Assembly (NCBI GenBank): GCA_044892525.1
Contig: CM097885.1
Span: 12,092,001-12,156,000 of the forward strand
Length of the DNA: 64,000 nt
Origin: Schmidtea polychroa
Taxonomy: Eukaryota
Reading direction: 5' to 3'
Part shown: positions 14,701 through 29,583 of the stretch, piece after piece
Numbering within the stretch: the first letter of the stretch is position 1
Layout: each line of letters starts with the position of its first letter
Notes under the pieces: generated by a model
What the model was told of the DNA's origin: nothing
The model's input: only the letters and a program-made list of their open reading frames with translations
Databases searched by the model: none
Translations under genes and position numbers: made by a program

Positions 14701-14928
14701 TTCTCGATGGGTTTTGATGGTGGTTGTTAGTACATGGTTGTAAGTGTTTAGTATTTAGTGGTTTGAAACCTAGTGGTTAGTACATGGTAGCTAATTAATG
14801 AGTAGGTGGGGATTGAGAGTGATCAATACCATTACGACTAGTACCTTTACGACCAGTACCCTTACGACTAATACCCTTACGACCAGTACCCTTAGGGGGT
14901 CAAAACATCCTGTCGGATAAACTCAGAG
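11771..14928. mobile_element. Nested TIR element, right-arm (inverted) copy
   Basis: Reverse complement of 6454-9572, with an extra ~40-bp repeat unit near 12865-12905 and a variant inner TIR CTCCTAGTCTATCCGACA. Confidence 0.75.
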
Positions 14929-15330
14929 TATATATAATAAGTATTTATTGAATGCGATTTTTACTTTGCAATAATAAGTCAGTAGTTATCATTTAAAAGA
15001 AGAATGTTTTGCAAATTAGAATTCATTAGTCTTTCATTATAATTAAAATTATTTTGAATTCCACGTGGTGATGAGTTGTGGTTTTTTGATGAAAATCAAC
15101 ATTTTTGTTAAATTTGAAAAGGTTTTTCTAATGATTGTAATTAAATATATTTTTGAAGATAGATAAAAAATTAATTTAAAAAGCATTTCATAAAATACAG
15201 TGAAGAATATTTAGTAGTTAGTTGTAAGTATCTGGTTGTTTGAGAGTTAGTTAGTACGTGGTATCATGTTGTAAGTATTTGTTAGCACCTAGTTAAAAAT
15301 ATTTAGTAACCGATTGTTGGTAACTGTTGA

Positions 15331-15396
<66 letters not shown>

Positions 15397-17954
15397 CCAT
15401 TTAAATTTTCATTAAAAATTACATTTCTCAAAAAAGTTGGTGGTTATTCAATCTTTTGATAATAAATTTAAAAATCTTAGTTTAATTTACTTATTACATT
15501 ACTTATTTAAAAATTATTACTTTAATTTACTCATTTAGCTTTAATTTAAAATTTAAACCATTGTTTCCTTTAATTTAAAATTTTGAACCTTAATTTACTT
15601 TTTTAAAAATTATTACTTTAATTTACCTAATTATTCTTTATTTCTTAATTTTACACCATAATTTACTTAACAACTAAATATAATCCTTATTTTCATATTT
15701 AACCATTAATTTCATGTGGTCATCTGGTTGTAATTGTTTGGTATCTAGTTGACAGTGCTTATTACTAGGTAAGTTACTTGGTTGTTAGTACTTGGTATCT
15801 AGTACCTGGTTGATGTTGGTTGTATGTACTTGGTATCTAGTTGTTAGTAACTAGTTGTAGGTAATTAATGCTTAGTAGTTGGTAACTGGTTGTTGGTACT
15901 TGGTATCTAGTACCTAGTTAGCTGGTTGTAGCTAGTTAATTGGTAGGTGGTAGCTAGTTGGTTGTAGGTACTTGGTATCTAGTTGATGATGCTTAGTACC
16001 TGGTTGATGTTGGTTGTAAGTACTTGGTAGCAGGTAATTGGTTGTTAGTAACTAGTTGTAAGTACTTGGTAGCAGGTAACTGGTTGTTAGCTGGTTGTAG
16101 CTAGTTAATTGGTAGGTGGTAGCTAGTTGTTAACTGGTTGTAGCTAGTTAATGGGTAGGTGGTTGTAGGTACTTAGTAGTTGGTAGCTAGTTAATGGGTA
16201 ACTGGTTGTTAGTATCTAGTTGTTAGTACTTGGTAGGTGGTAGCTAGTTGGTTGTAGGTACTTAGTAGCAGGTAACTGGTTGTTAGTAACTAGTTGTAAG
16301 TATCTGGTTGTTGGCGGTTGTTAGTACTTGGTATCTGGTACCTAGTTGGTTGCTATCAGGTAACTAGTTGTTAGTAACTAGTTGTAGGTGTCTGGTTGTT
16401 AGTAACTAGTTGTAAGTACTTGGTATCAGGTAACTGGTTGGTTGTTAGTACTTAGTATTTAGTTGGTTGATAATGCTTAGTACCTGGTTGTTAGTATTTA
16501 GTTGTTTGAGACCTAGTTGTTAGTATCTAGTTGTAGGTATCTGGTAACTAGTTGGTTGTTGGTACTTAGTAGGTGGTATCTGATACCTGTTTGGTTGCTT
16601 GTTTTTGGTTGTTAGTACTTGTTAGGTGGTTGTAGGTACTTAGTATCAGGTAACTAGTTGTTAGTAACTAGTTGTAGGCACTTGGTATCTGGTAATTTGT
16701 TGTAGGTACTTTGTTGTTTTTTGTTGTTAGTACTTAGTAGTTGGTTGTAGGTACTTGGTATCAGGTAACTGGTTGTTAGTAACTAATTGTAAGTACTTGG
16801 TAGCAGGTAACTAGTTGTTAGTAACTAGTTGTAAGTACTTGGTAGTTGGTAGTAAGTACTTGGTTGATGTTTGTTGTAAGTACTTGGTATCTAGTACCTA
16901 GTTGGTTGTTTTTGGTTGTTAGTACTTAGTAGTTGGTTGTAGGTACTTGGTAGGTGGTAGTTAGTTGTTAGTACTTGGTACCTAGTTGGTTGCATGTTTT
17001 TGGTTGTTGGTACTTGGTATCAGGTAACTGGTTGTAGGTATCTGGTTGGTAATACATGTTCGTAAGTTACTGGTTGTTGGTACTAAGTTGTTGATTTGTT
17101 GTTGAATTATTATTAAAATTTGTCTTTGAAAAATATTTCTTAAAAATTTCCATTAAAAATTATCATTGAAAAATATTTCATAAAAATTTCCATTAAAAAT
17201 TACCATTGAAAAATATTTCATAAAATTTTCTATTAAAAATTACTTAAAAAAAATATTCCATAAAAATTTTCATTAAAAATTACCATTGAAAATTTTCATT
17301 AAAAAATTTCAATTCTCAAACACCTTCAACTTTTTGTAATTAAATTTTAAAATCTTACTTTAATTTACTTATTTAAAATTTTTTTACCATTGATTACTTA
17401 ATTTAAAATTTGGACCTTAATTTACTTTATTTTAATTTTTTAGAACCTTAATTTACTTTAATTTAAAATTTAGAACCATAATTTACTTTAATTTAATTTT
17501 TAGGACCATAATTTACTTTAATTTAAAAATTTAGACCATAATTTACTGTAATTTAATTTTTTAGGACTCTTATTTACTGTAATTGAAAAATTTGAGCCAT
17601 AATTTACTTTAATTTAATTTTTAGGACCATTATTTACTGTAATTTAATTTTTTAGAACCATAATTTACTGTAATTTAATTTTTTAGGACCATAATTTACT
17701 GTATTTGAAAAATTTGGATCATAATTTACTGTAATTTAATTTTTTAGGACCATTATTTACTGTAATTCAATTTTTAGAACCATTATTTACTGTAATTGAA
17801 AAATTTGAGCCATAATTTACTTTAATTTAATTTTTAGAACCATAATTTACTTTAATTTAAAAATTTGGACCATAATTTACTGTAATTTAAAAATTTGAGC
17901 CATAATTTACTTTAATTTATTTTTTTAGGACCATAATTTACTGTAATTGAAAAA

Positions 17955-18715
17955 TTTACAACGTTTTTTAGTGTAGACCACCTATTTCTCAGCACCAAGG
18001 AGACTCACCTCACTATAGTCTGAAAAATCCTTGGCTTTTTTAGTGTAGACCAGCTTTTTGTATTGAAAATATCCTGAGACCTTAAATTACCATGCTTTTT
18101 TAGTGGTAGTCGGATTTTTGTATTGAAAATATCCCGAGACTTTAAATTACCATGCTTCTTTATTGAAGACCGCCTTTTTGTATTGAAAATATCATGAGAC
18201 CTTAAATTACCATGCTTTTTTATTGATAGTCGGATTTTTCTATTGAAATTCTCAGGACCAAGGAGACCCACCTTAATTGACCTAGAAAAATCCATGCTCT
18301 TTTAGTGATAGTCGGATTTTTGTATTAAAAAATTTTTTTTGTATTGAAAATCCCAGGACCAAGGAGACCCACCTGAATTGACCTAGAAAATTCCATGCTT
18401 TTTTAGTGGTAGTCGGATTTTTGTATTGAAAATCCCAGGACCATCGAGACCCCCTCACTATAGTCTGAAAATTCCATGCTTTTTTATTGATAGTCGGATT
18501 TTTGTATTGAAAAAAATTTTTTGTATTGAAAATCCCAGGACCATCGAGACCCACCTGAATTGACCTAGAAAAATCCATGCTTTTTTAGTGGTAGTCGGAT
18601 TTTTGTATTGAAAAAATTTTATTTGTATTGAAAATCCCAGGACCATCGTTTTTGTATAGAAAAAATTTTTTTGTATTGAAAATCCCAGGACCATCGAGAC
18701 CCCCTCACTATAGTG
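17955..18715 (-). repeat. Right subterminal modular tandem array
   Basis: Reverse complement of the left-array modules, plus a module (CCCACCTGAATTGACCTAGAAAA) not seen in the left array. Confidence 0.9.
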
Positions 18716-18936
18716 TGATAAAAAAAAATTTGTACCAAAAATCCCTGAAAGCAAAAAATGTGAGTTGGAACAATTGCGTAATAAAAAGTTGGAACAATTT
18801 TACCCCCCCTGGGGGGGGGGGTAATTGTTCCAGTGCGCTACTATCTACCTACTCTAAATATTTGCTTTTTTTGAGTGCAATAAAATATTTTTTTTGAACT
18901 AATATTAACAAGAATTTTTTGCCCGTATAAATTTAC

Positions 18937-21192
<2,256 letters not shown>

Positions 21193-22379
21193 TAACACAA
21201 AAAATTCTTTTTCCGTTGTTAAAAAGTATTGAACTTTGGATTTTTTCATGCCAAAGATTTTGAAAATGACTTCAGTCTTATCGAATTGACTCAACATACT
21301 ATCATTTATTGGAAATATATAAATAATATCAGTTAATATAATACTTTTTATAAAATATATTGTACAGAATATTATTTATTTATAGAATATAACATGTTCT
21401 CCCCTAAAATATTTGCAAGGCTAATTTTAATTTAATCCATGTGTTTAGTGCCTAGTTCCGTTGATGGTAATTCAAAACCTGTGCAACAATTGCTGTGACC
21501 ATATGAAAACATTGTAAATATCATGCTTAAACCACATAGATTCGTTTTGTTACGTATATGGGGAATGTGGCGGGTTGTCAAATTATTGCAGATTCAATTA
21601 GGAAATGGTGTATGATGTAATGTTTCTACAGTTTCAAAGTTATTGACATTTTCTTTTCAATATTTTACATTTATCAATAAAATGTATTTATAAAGAATTG
21701 GGTAAGAAATTTATTTACTTAAATAAAATTTGTTATTTTTGTAAATTTATACAAATAATAAGCAACGTATTAATTCTGGAATTCCTCTGTGAATATCTGT
21801 CACAGAATCGCACCAGAAACCTATTCAGTTTAATATAGATGTCAGATTACCAGTTTCACTGTATTGCTCAGATGGCAAGATTTTGAGCATAAAATTGGCA
21901 AATGCGTGCAACTGAGACAATTAAATTATTGCATTAATTTTACTTTCAATTGCAATTTTAGTCACATCATTTGTTGATCCAAATGAATTTTAATTTGATT
22001 GTTTAACATGAATTTTCGTTATATTTTCAACAAATAAATAGTCATCATAATGAAGTGTAATTAGGTTAATAAATTTGTTTATTCAAGTTTTTAACAATGT
22101 TTGTAATTCTGGCTATTTTGTTTACATAAGCAACATCTCTGTCATTATTTGACATCTTCGGTTGCTTATCTTAACTATCAAACAGGAGTCTGTTCGTTTG
22201 TCTGAAGCAGCAAATATATTAAGCACCATCATAAATTTTGTATGAATTTCCCGTTCAAATCAACATTGTTAAACATAATTTCCATTATGAGGTATATAAT
22301 TTTGAAATATCTATGCCACAAAATGCAATATATTTTGTTTCAACCATAACAAAAATATACAAATGTATACTTTTGATGC

Positions 22380-22895
22380 TAAGATAAACACATACCATGG
22401 TTGTAACGGGTAACGGGAAATCATTGTTCGATTCCGGAGAGGGAGCCTGAGAAACAGCGACGGACGGCAGCAGTCGAGTAAATTACCCAATACCAGTGAC
22501 AAGAAAAAACAATATAGGCACTAGTGGTTCCATAATTGCAATGAGAACATTTTATATACTCTATCAAGTATCAATTGAATGGCAAGTTTGGTGCCAGCAG
22601 CCACGGTATTTCTAACTCCAATAGCGTATATTAAAGTTGTTACAGTTAAAAGCTCATGATTGAAATTGAGGAAAAAGATGATTTGAAATAGCTATTTTGT
22701 CCTTCGACGTCGTGTATATATTTGATGATCTTTATTGGGTGCTGAGAATGACACATGTTTACTTTGAAAATATTAGAGTGGTTATAGCAGGCTTACGTTT
22801 GTATATTGTTGCATGGAATAATAAAATAAGATTTCGGTTTTATTTTGTTGGTTTTCGAAACTGAAGTAATGATTAAAAGAGACTACCGGGGGCAT
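22380..22895 (+). pseudogene. Degraded internal 18S rRNA fragment
   Basis: Conserved SSU motifs TTCGATTCCGGAGAGGGAGCCTGAGAAAC, GGTGCCAGCAGCC(A)CGGTA, ATAGCGTATATTAAAGTTGTT and GTAATGATTAAAAGAGAC, with deletions and substitutions in normally invariant positions. Confidence 0.92.
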
Positions 22896-24428
22896 ATGAA
22901 TAATATGTATATATGGAATAAGTTACCATGAGTTTGATGATATACTAACATTATCACCAATGCAAATGCATGAAAAGAAATATTAGGAATAATTATAAGT
23001 GTTGAAATTATTGACCTGTTAATATTTCATTTATTTTCATTACCACTAGAAGTATTAATTAAATATTAACTTTTAAAGATTTATGTAAAATATTTTTTAA
23101 ACAGTATTTCCAAATTAACATTTTACATGTATAGTGTCAAATATTTTGTAAATTCAGAATTAATAAATTAAATATGTTAATTTGAATGGAATCTATAATG
23201 GATGAAATTTATCCTTCTAAAAACACAAATATATTACATTTAAAAAATTACTAAAAATATAAATTTTTTGAATAATTGTTTCGACAGTGTCAAAGGGAGG
23301 AATAGCTTTTCCATCTGACTGTGTGTGTGCGTGCATTGCTGGTCAAAAAATCGAAGATCAAACATCGTTGGTTCTATGTCAAGAAATATATTATAGACAT
23401 TTATATGCACATGTTTCAAACTCTATTTAATCGGATGGAAAAGATTGATTTTTGATTTTAATAAATTATTTGAAAATTGTTTGATTTATGAATGTTATAA
23501 ACACCAAATATAAGTTAGATAATGAAGATTGCAGATAAAAAATTTATTTACATATTTAACATCAATTTTTGGATCTAAACTCATAAAGAAAAAAAACGAA
23601 ATTTTGAAGAACACATATCAAATATCAGTAAATTATAAAATATTATACTTTGAATAATTAATTTTTGTTAATTTATTTCTTAGCAGCAAAAAGGGAGAGT
23701 ACAAATAAGGAAATCGAACATTATCTTATGTAATAACGGGTAGTTGATATTTTTTTAAATGAATTTGATGATTTATTTAGCGTAATTTATAAACTTGAAA
23801 TGCTAATTACAGCAATTTGACAAGTCATAATTTTAGAGAATAATTAATTATTTTGAATAATTATTATCAAATTAATGGGTAATTTAATGACATTTTAATT
23901 ATCCCTTTTTTGTTCTCAATGAGTGAGTCTAATTTCTATACACCTGATTACCAAGATTTTGAATTTACTTTTCTTTAGAAACATTTATAATGTAATTAAA
24001 ACGAAGCAATTATAATAACATATTTATTGGTAATATATTATAAGAACTTTTTTCAATTTCACCATTGATTCCTTTTCAGTTGACATTGTATTTATTGTAT
24101 TTTATTGTATTTACATTATTTATTTGTATTGTATTTATTGTATTTATTGTATTGTATTGTATTTACATTGTAATTATTTATTGTATTTATTATATTGTAT
24201 TTATTTTATTTTATTTATTGTATTTATTGTTTTAAATGTATTATATTATTAAATTAAATATTTACTAAATTTTAATATTCATATATATTCATATATATTT
24301 GTTACAAATTAAAAATGATTTATTATTTAAATTATAATTTTATAATTGAGAAAATATTTTTTTTATTAATAAAATGATATAATTAATAGGTTTGTTCATA
24401 AAATCTATAATATTTATAGTTATTCTAC

Positions 24429-24471
24429 TTTACCTGATGATAGTAGAAAAACTGACGAAATATATCGTAAA
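24429..24471 (+). ncRNA. Degenerate minimal type I hammerhead ribozyme motif
   Basis: TTTAC-CTGATGA-TAGTAGAAAAACTGAC-GAAA-TATA-TC-GTAAA. Helix I is TTTAC/GTAAA, the core is intact and helix III is palindromic, but helix II is imperfect. Confidence 0.6.
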
Positions 24472-26701
24472 ACGAATGTTTGAGTGACACTTTCTTATAA
24501 TTAAATTGTCGCCATGTATGTTTAATTATTTATAAAATGGTAATAATTATAAATTTAAACGGATGTCTTCTTTAGACATAAATTTACAATTTCAAATCAA
24601 ATATCATAAATAGAAATCAACATCAAGTTGGTCAGTCCTAGCAATATCAGCCCCAGCCTATTGGTATTTTATAGATACTTTAGTTTTGATCTATTTTAGA
24701 GAATTTTATTTTTGTGAATACCTATATAACAAAATCAATAAGACTAAACATTGAAATACGACAAAGTCGTTCTTTATTAACAAATAATATTTAAAACGAA
24801 AAACAGATTGAAAAATAAAATTATTTTATCTCAACAGTTTGTCTGAGATAAATAATGCACCACCGGGAAAGTCTTAAAGATAATTAGTTATAAATGTCAT
24901 AAATAACAGACTATGAAGATGAAAGACAACTTGGATTAAGTGACACGATTTTAAAAGAAAAACTGAGGAGAAAAGTTAAAATTAACGAAAGGCGAAGGCG
25001 AGGACAAAATGAATTTCGAAAGTATTGATTGTCGAAACCAGAATCAGTAAATTTTGTTGTTGTGAATTTTAATTACTTTTCGGGGTTTGATCCATAAAAC
25101 GCAGAAATGTTGCGGCTGCATTCCGCAAACCAAATGGCATTTTATTGTATTCCAACATGGCAATCGGTGTTACGATTGCTGTCTTCTTTATATTTTCTTT
25201 CCTAATTGGGATTTGATTTTAAGCCTTTTGGATGTATATTTTTGAGAAGAATTTTGCTTCTTTTAATCGTTTTATTATTATAGGCAGGGGTAGTTGTCTG
25301 GTTCTGTGGTTTTGTTTATCGTTCTTTAATTAATACAATGTCTATATTTCAGATTTGCATTTTGTTTTAGCATTAATGCAGATGACCATTTTGAGTTTGA
25401 ATGAGTTACTGTTTTGTTGTCGTGTAGTTCTTTGAAGATTTCATTTGTAATCTTGGTCTTTTGTGGGTCCAGTAGTCTAATTTTTGAGTGTACAGAATTC
25501 CAAATTGCTATGATTGCGTGTTCACTTTGGTTGTCTGAATTCTCGTCGAATTGTACTGGTGTGGTTAATTTGTTGAATTCTTTTAGTAGACATGTTTTTT
25601 CGGGACCGTGATTGTTTGTTTTGTTTTATTGATTGGGTTTGGTTGGATTAATCCAATGTCAATTTGTGTGTATGTTGTTGTTTGATTCGTTTTCATTTTT
25701 ATGATGGATGTCATGAGTATTTAGGGTTATGTTCTGAACTTGACTATATATAAATAATTATCTTTGTTAGTCGAGTGCTTAGTATGTTTTGCAGAAGATT
25801 TGTAAGAGCCCAGCAGAGTCTCCTTTAAAACTTGTATTGCGTCTGCTGGGATGCTTGTGTGTTGTGCGTGTGTATATATTAATCACAACTAAAATAAATG
25901 ATTACTTTCAATCAAAACAAAAAAATAGAACAAATTAACTTAATTACCTTTTATAATACAAAAAAAATATTAATAAATCAACCCTAAAATTTACTTGGCT
26001 CTTATAGATTGAAAATATTTTCTGATTTATTATTCTAATTCCTAGGTTTTGTAATCTGTATTCGAATTGTTATCTCGTTCTTCTTTATAGTAAAGTGGTT
26101 TTTATAATCGTTTTGTTTTCAATATTCCCTGATTATTGTTATCTGTATTGTTATTCTTAATTTTCCAGAACCTTCACTCCTTTTTTCCTTTCTTTTAAAG
26201 TATTATTTTGTTTCTTTTTTCAAGGCAATTTTGTTATTTGTTTTTGGAAATTTTCTGCTTAATTTATTTTTAGAATCTTCTGTTTGATTTTTTTATTGAT
26301 TGTTTTTTTCTTTCAATTTCACCATTGATTATTTTTTCCACTGAATTTATTAAAAAGAGAGTTTGAAGACTATAAATCAGCAATACTGATTTATAACTGA
26401 TTTATTACTGATTTATAGTCTTTAAAGTCTCTTTTTAATAAATTCAAAGAATAGTGCATACATTACAATGGAGTTTTCAACTATGATTTGTTTCTGCAGT
26501 CTGCTAGTAAATTGTAGTGTGATGAGAAATTAGAACCGATTATTATTGAAAAAAACAATATAGGAATAATTAAATAATTACGATTGATATATGAAATTAT
26601 TTCCACTCTTCATTTTTAATAAATCTTTCCTTGTATTGATTTATTGATTTGTTTTTATCTTAATAATTATCCTTAGTAATTATTATTTTCAAATTTTTGA
26701 A

Positions 26702-26747
<46 letters not shown>

Positions 26748-27760
26748 GCGACAACAACAATAATAACAACAATAAAATAATTATAAAAATAAAAATAGCG
26801 TACATCACAAGGGGTATATGCGGAGTAAATGAAGGGTATATGAGGGGTATGTGTAAGAAATTACAAACTATTGTAATTAGGTAATGAATATTAAATTGAT
26901 AGAAATGCAAGCAATTTATCGTAATTAACTGCTTAAACAAATATTAACAATAAACATGAAAATATTATCAATTAGTATAATTAAACCTGTTTTCTTTTGA
27001 AGTGGCAAGCAGAAAAGTAATTAAATTATTAATGTTTCATGTATATTAAATATATTTTTTATTATATCTACTGTAGAATTTATTATAGAATTATTTTTTC
27101 GTATCTTTTATTTACTTTACATAAATTTTAAAATTAAGTCATGCTAAAGTAATTTTGCAATTTAAAATAATTATCGTTGTGGAAATATTGAAGCCGGTAC
27201 TCCATCTAGATTTTTTTAATTAAAATTAAATTTACGTGTAGAAATTTTGTACAAAAATATTTTGAAATAAAAATAATCTTAGAACCTTTCTTGTTTTTGT
27301 TTTTTTTTAATTTTGTTTATTTATTTTATATTATTTGTCCATTTATAGATCAATTTAATCCCGAATTTCAATTTTTATTTTAATTTTTCAATTCAAGGTT
27401 TAAAATTTAAAGGATTAAAATAATCTTTATAATAATTTTTTCTCTTAAAGAAAATTTTCAAAAAGAATTTACTTAAGTTTTTTCAGATAATCTACTTAAA
27501 TTTGTTTATCATTCATGCAGGTAGATAACATTATGAAACTAATATCTAAAGCAGATGAAAATGTAAGAGATAAAATGTAAAAAAATTGTACGTGAATTTG
27601 AATTAAATATTTATTCATAATAAGGATAGAAATAATTTTTCATGGAAAATTTTATTGATCATCACAATTACAATTTTATTTCTATTTTGTTCATTACAAC
27701 TATACAGAATGATTAAAAATTTAAATGTTAATTAAATTCTTTCCACTTATTATAATTTAA

Positions 27761-28017
27761 CCTTTTGCACTCCGTTGGCTACTATATGCCACCACTATTT
27801 ATGAGCTATAAAACTTATAAATACTCATCGATTGTTGTTATTTTTGTTTAAATATATTAATTTACTAATATACCTAGTGTTTTGAATGCACATTTGCCTG
27901 ATACATTTTTTGTTTTTAATTAATTTCTTCCTAAGTCTACCATTTTTGCTTGAAATTGCCAAAATGTATGCTGTAGTTACAGGTATGTCACACAATAAAA
28001 TTCAAGAGTTAAAAGGG
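27761..28017. mobile_element. piggyBac-type MITE
   Basis: TTAA|CCTTTTGCACTC ... GAGTTAAAAGGG|TTAA, an imperfect TIR with a TTAA duplication. Confidence 0.65.
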
Positions 28018-29498
28018 TTAAATATTTTCCATTTAATACAAACTTAATATTAATTTTCAATCAATAAATTTGTGAAAATAATTTATAACGAATTTAATTA
28101 ATCAATCAAAATAACATACACTAATTGCATCTAATAATATTATAATCTACTTTTGTTATATTAAATCTTACAACTATTATTACTATACGTCTTAATTCAT
28201 GTTTAAATTTTAACTTTAGATAATCAGTTATATTTATGTCTGTAATAAGGTCAAAGTTAGTTTTTAAGTTTGATAACAAAATCATTTTTCATAAATTATC
28301 GATTTTAAATTAAGTCACTTGTTTAATTAGTTCGATTTCATTAGCTTTGGCGGTAAAATTTTGAAAAAGGAGAAGAATGTGAAAAACCAAATGATATAAA
28401 CAAATATGTGTTTAATTTTTGTATTTATTTAATTTACCTCATATTTAATTTGAATTATAAATATTTGTAAATTTTACTTATATTAATAATATTTAATAAA
28501 TATCAAAATGTCCTAGTAGTGTATATGTCAAACCACCCAACCTTTTTCTAAAAGGCTATATCTTATTGGAGGTTTTTTTATAAAACCTTTATAAATAAAA
28601 AAAATTCAATAATTCATTAGTAGTCATTTTAAACGTTTAAAGAGCGTTAAATCATACGTCGTTATATAGAAAATTATGTGTTTAAGTTATGTATTTAATT
28701 AAAAATCATATTTATTTATATTTTTCTTAAATATTCCTTTTCAAATATAAATCAGTGAGAAAATCAGTATCCTTTCATCAAAGGTCATGAGAACGTTTAA
28801 ACAAGCTGGTCTAGGTAAACTTATTGCCAAAGTCAAAGAACTTAATGTTATGACTCAATTGAATCATTTCTCTTCTCAAAAATAAATATAAAAATGCATT
28901 TAATAAATAACTATATAAATGTTCTACATTACACTAGTAAAGGATTTATCCTTCAATATCGTTTTCTTTTTGATAAAATTGTTATTTAGAGTTTTTTTCG
29001 AATTATCAGTTTGAAGGCAGAAAAATATATTTTCGCTTTTTATTGTTTTGTACTAATTAAATAGTTTTCATTGATTTTTGGCTATCAATCCAATTTTTTC
29101 TATACATCACTTTTCTATAATCAAAATAAAGTTTATAAATATAAATGAAAATGAAAAAAGATTTAAAAACTGAATAAATATAATGATATTTTAACAATGG
29201 AATCATAATATTATTGTAAGGGATTATTACAACAATTTTTAGTAAACTGATTATTTAATCAGGCCTTTATGACCTCAATATTTGTATGCAATGATGTAAG
29301 TATGTATGTGAACTGTATCAATAATATGTCTTAAATTAATTATACTCCAGTTTTCAGGTTATGCAATTGGAAGTATTATAAATATTAATACTATTGCATG
29401 TTCCGGTTTGGAATATCTTAAATAAATATTGTATAACAATATCTTTTAATGTTTTTTATTGTTCAAGTGAGATTTCTGATATCATATTGAAGAACAAA

Positions 29499-29583
<85 letters not shown>

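Larger units (their letters stand above)
2256..18853. mobile_element. Giant palindromic non-autonomous DNA element with Polinton/Maverick-type termini (16,598 bp)
   Basis: The left end AGTAGGTAGATAGTAGCCCACTG (2256-2278) is the reverse complement of the right end CAGTGCGCTACTATCTACCTACT (18831-18853), 22/23 match. A perfect 6-bp direct repeat CTAAAT flanks it at 2250-2255 and 18854-18859. Arms 2256-10144 and 11172-18853 are reverse complements. The ORF track shows no ORF over 100 aa inside. AG...CT ends with short AGT-like repeats plus a 6-bp TSD are Polinton hallmarks; the family assignment rests on the ends only. Confidence 0.85.

Noticed and set aside
2256..18853. Giant palindrome as a pure assembly or chimeric-read artefact
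   Set aside because: Unlikely given the flanking 6-bp duplication, distinct unique flanks, ~1-kb spacer and arm-specific differences. It cannot be fully excluded without reads.
24700..26300. Strand-skewed region with slightly higher GC that may be a retroelement remnant (similar at 31780-32280)
   Set aside because: No recognisable protein motif, LTR pair or TSD could be established by eye.
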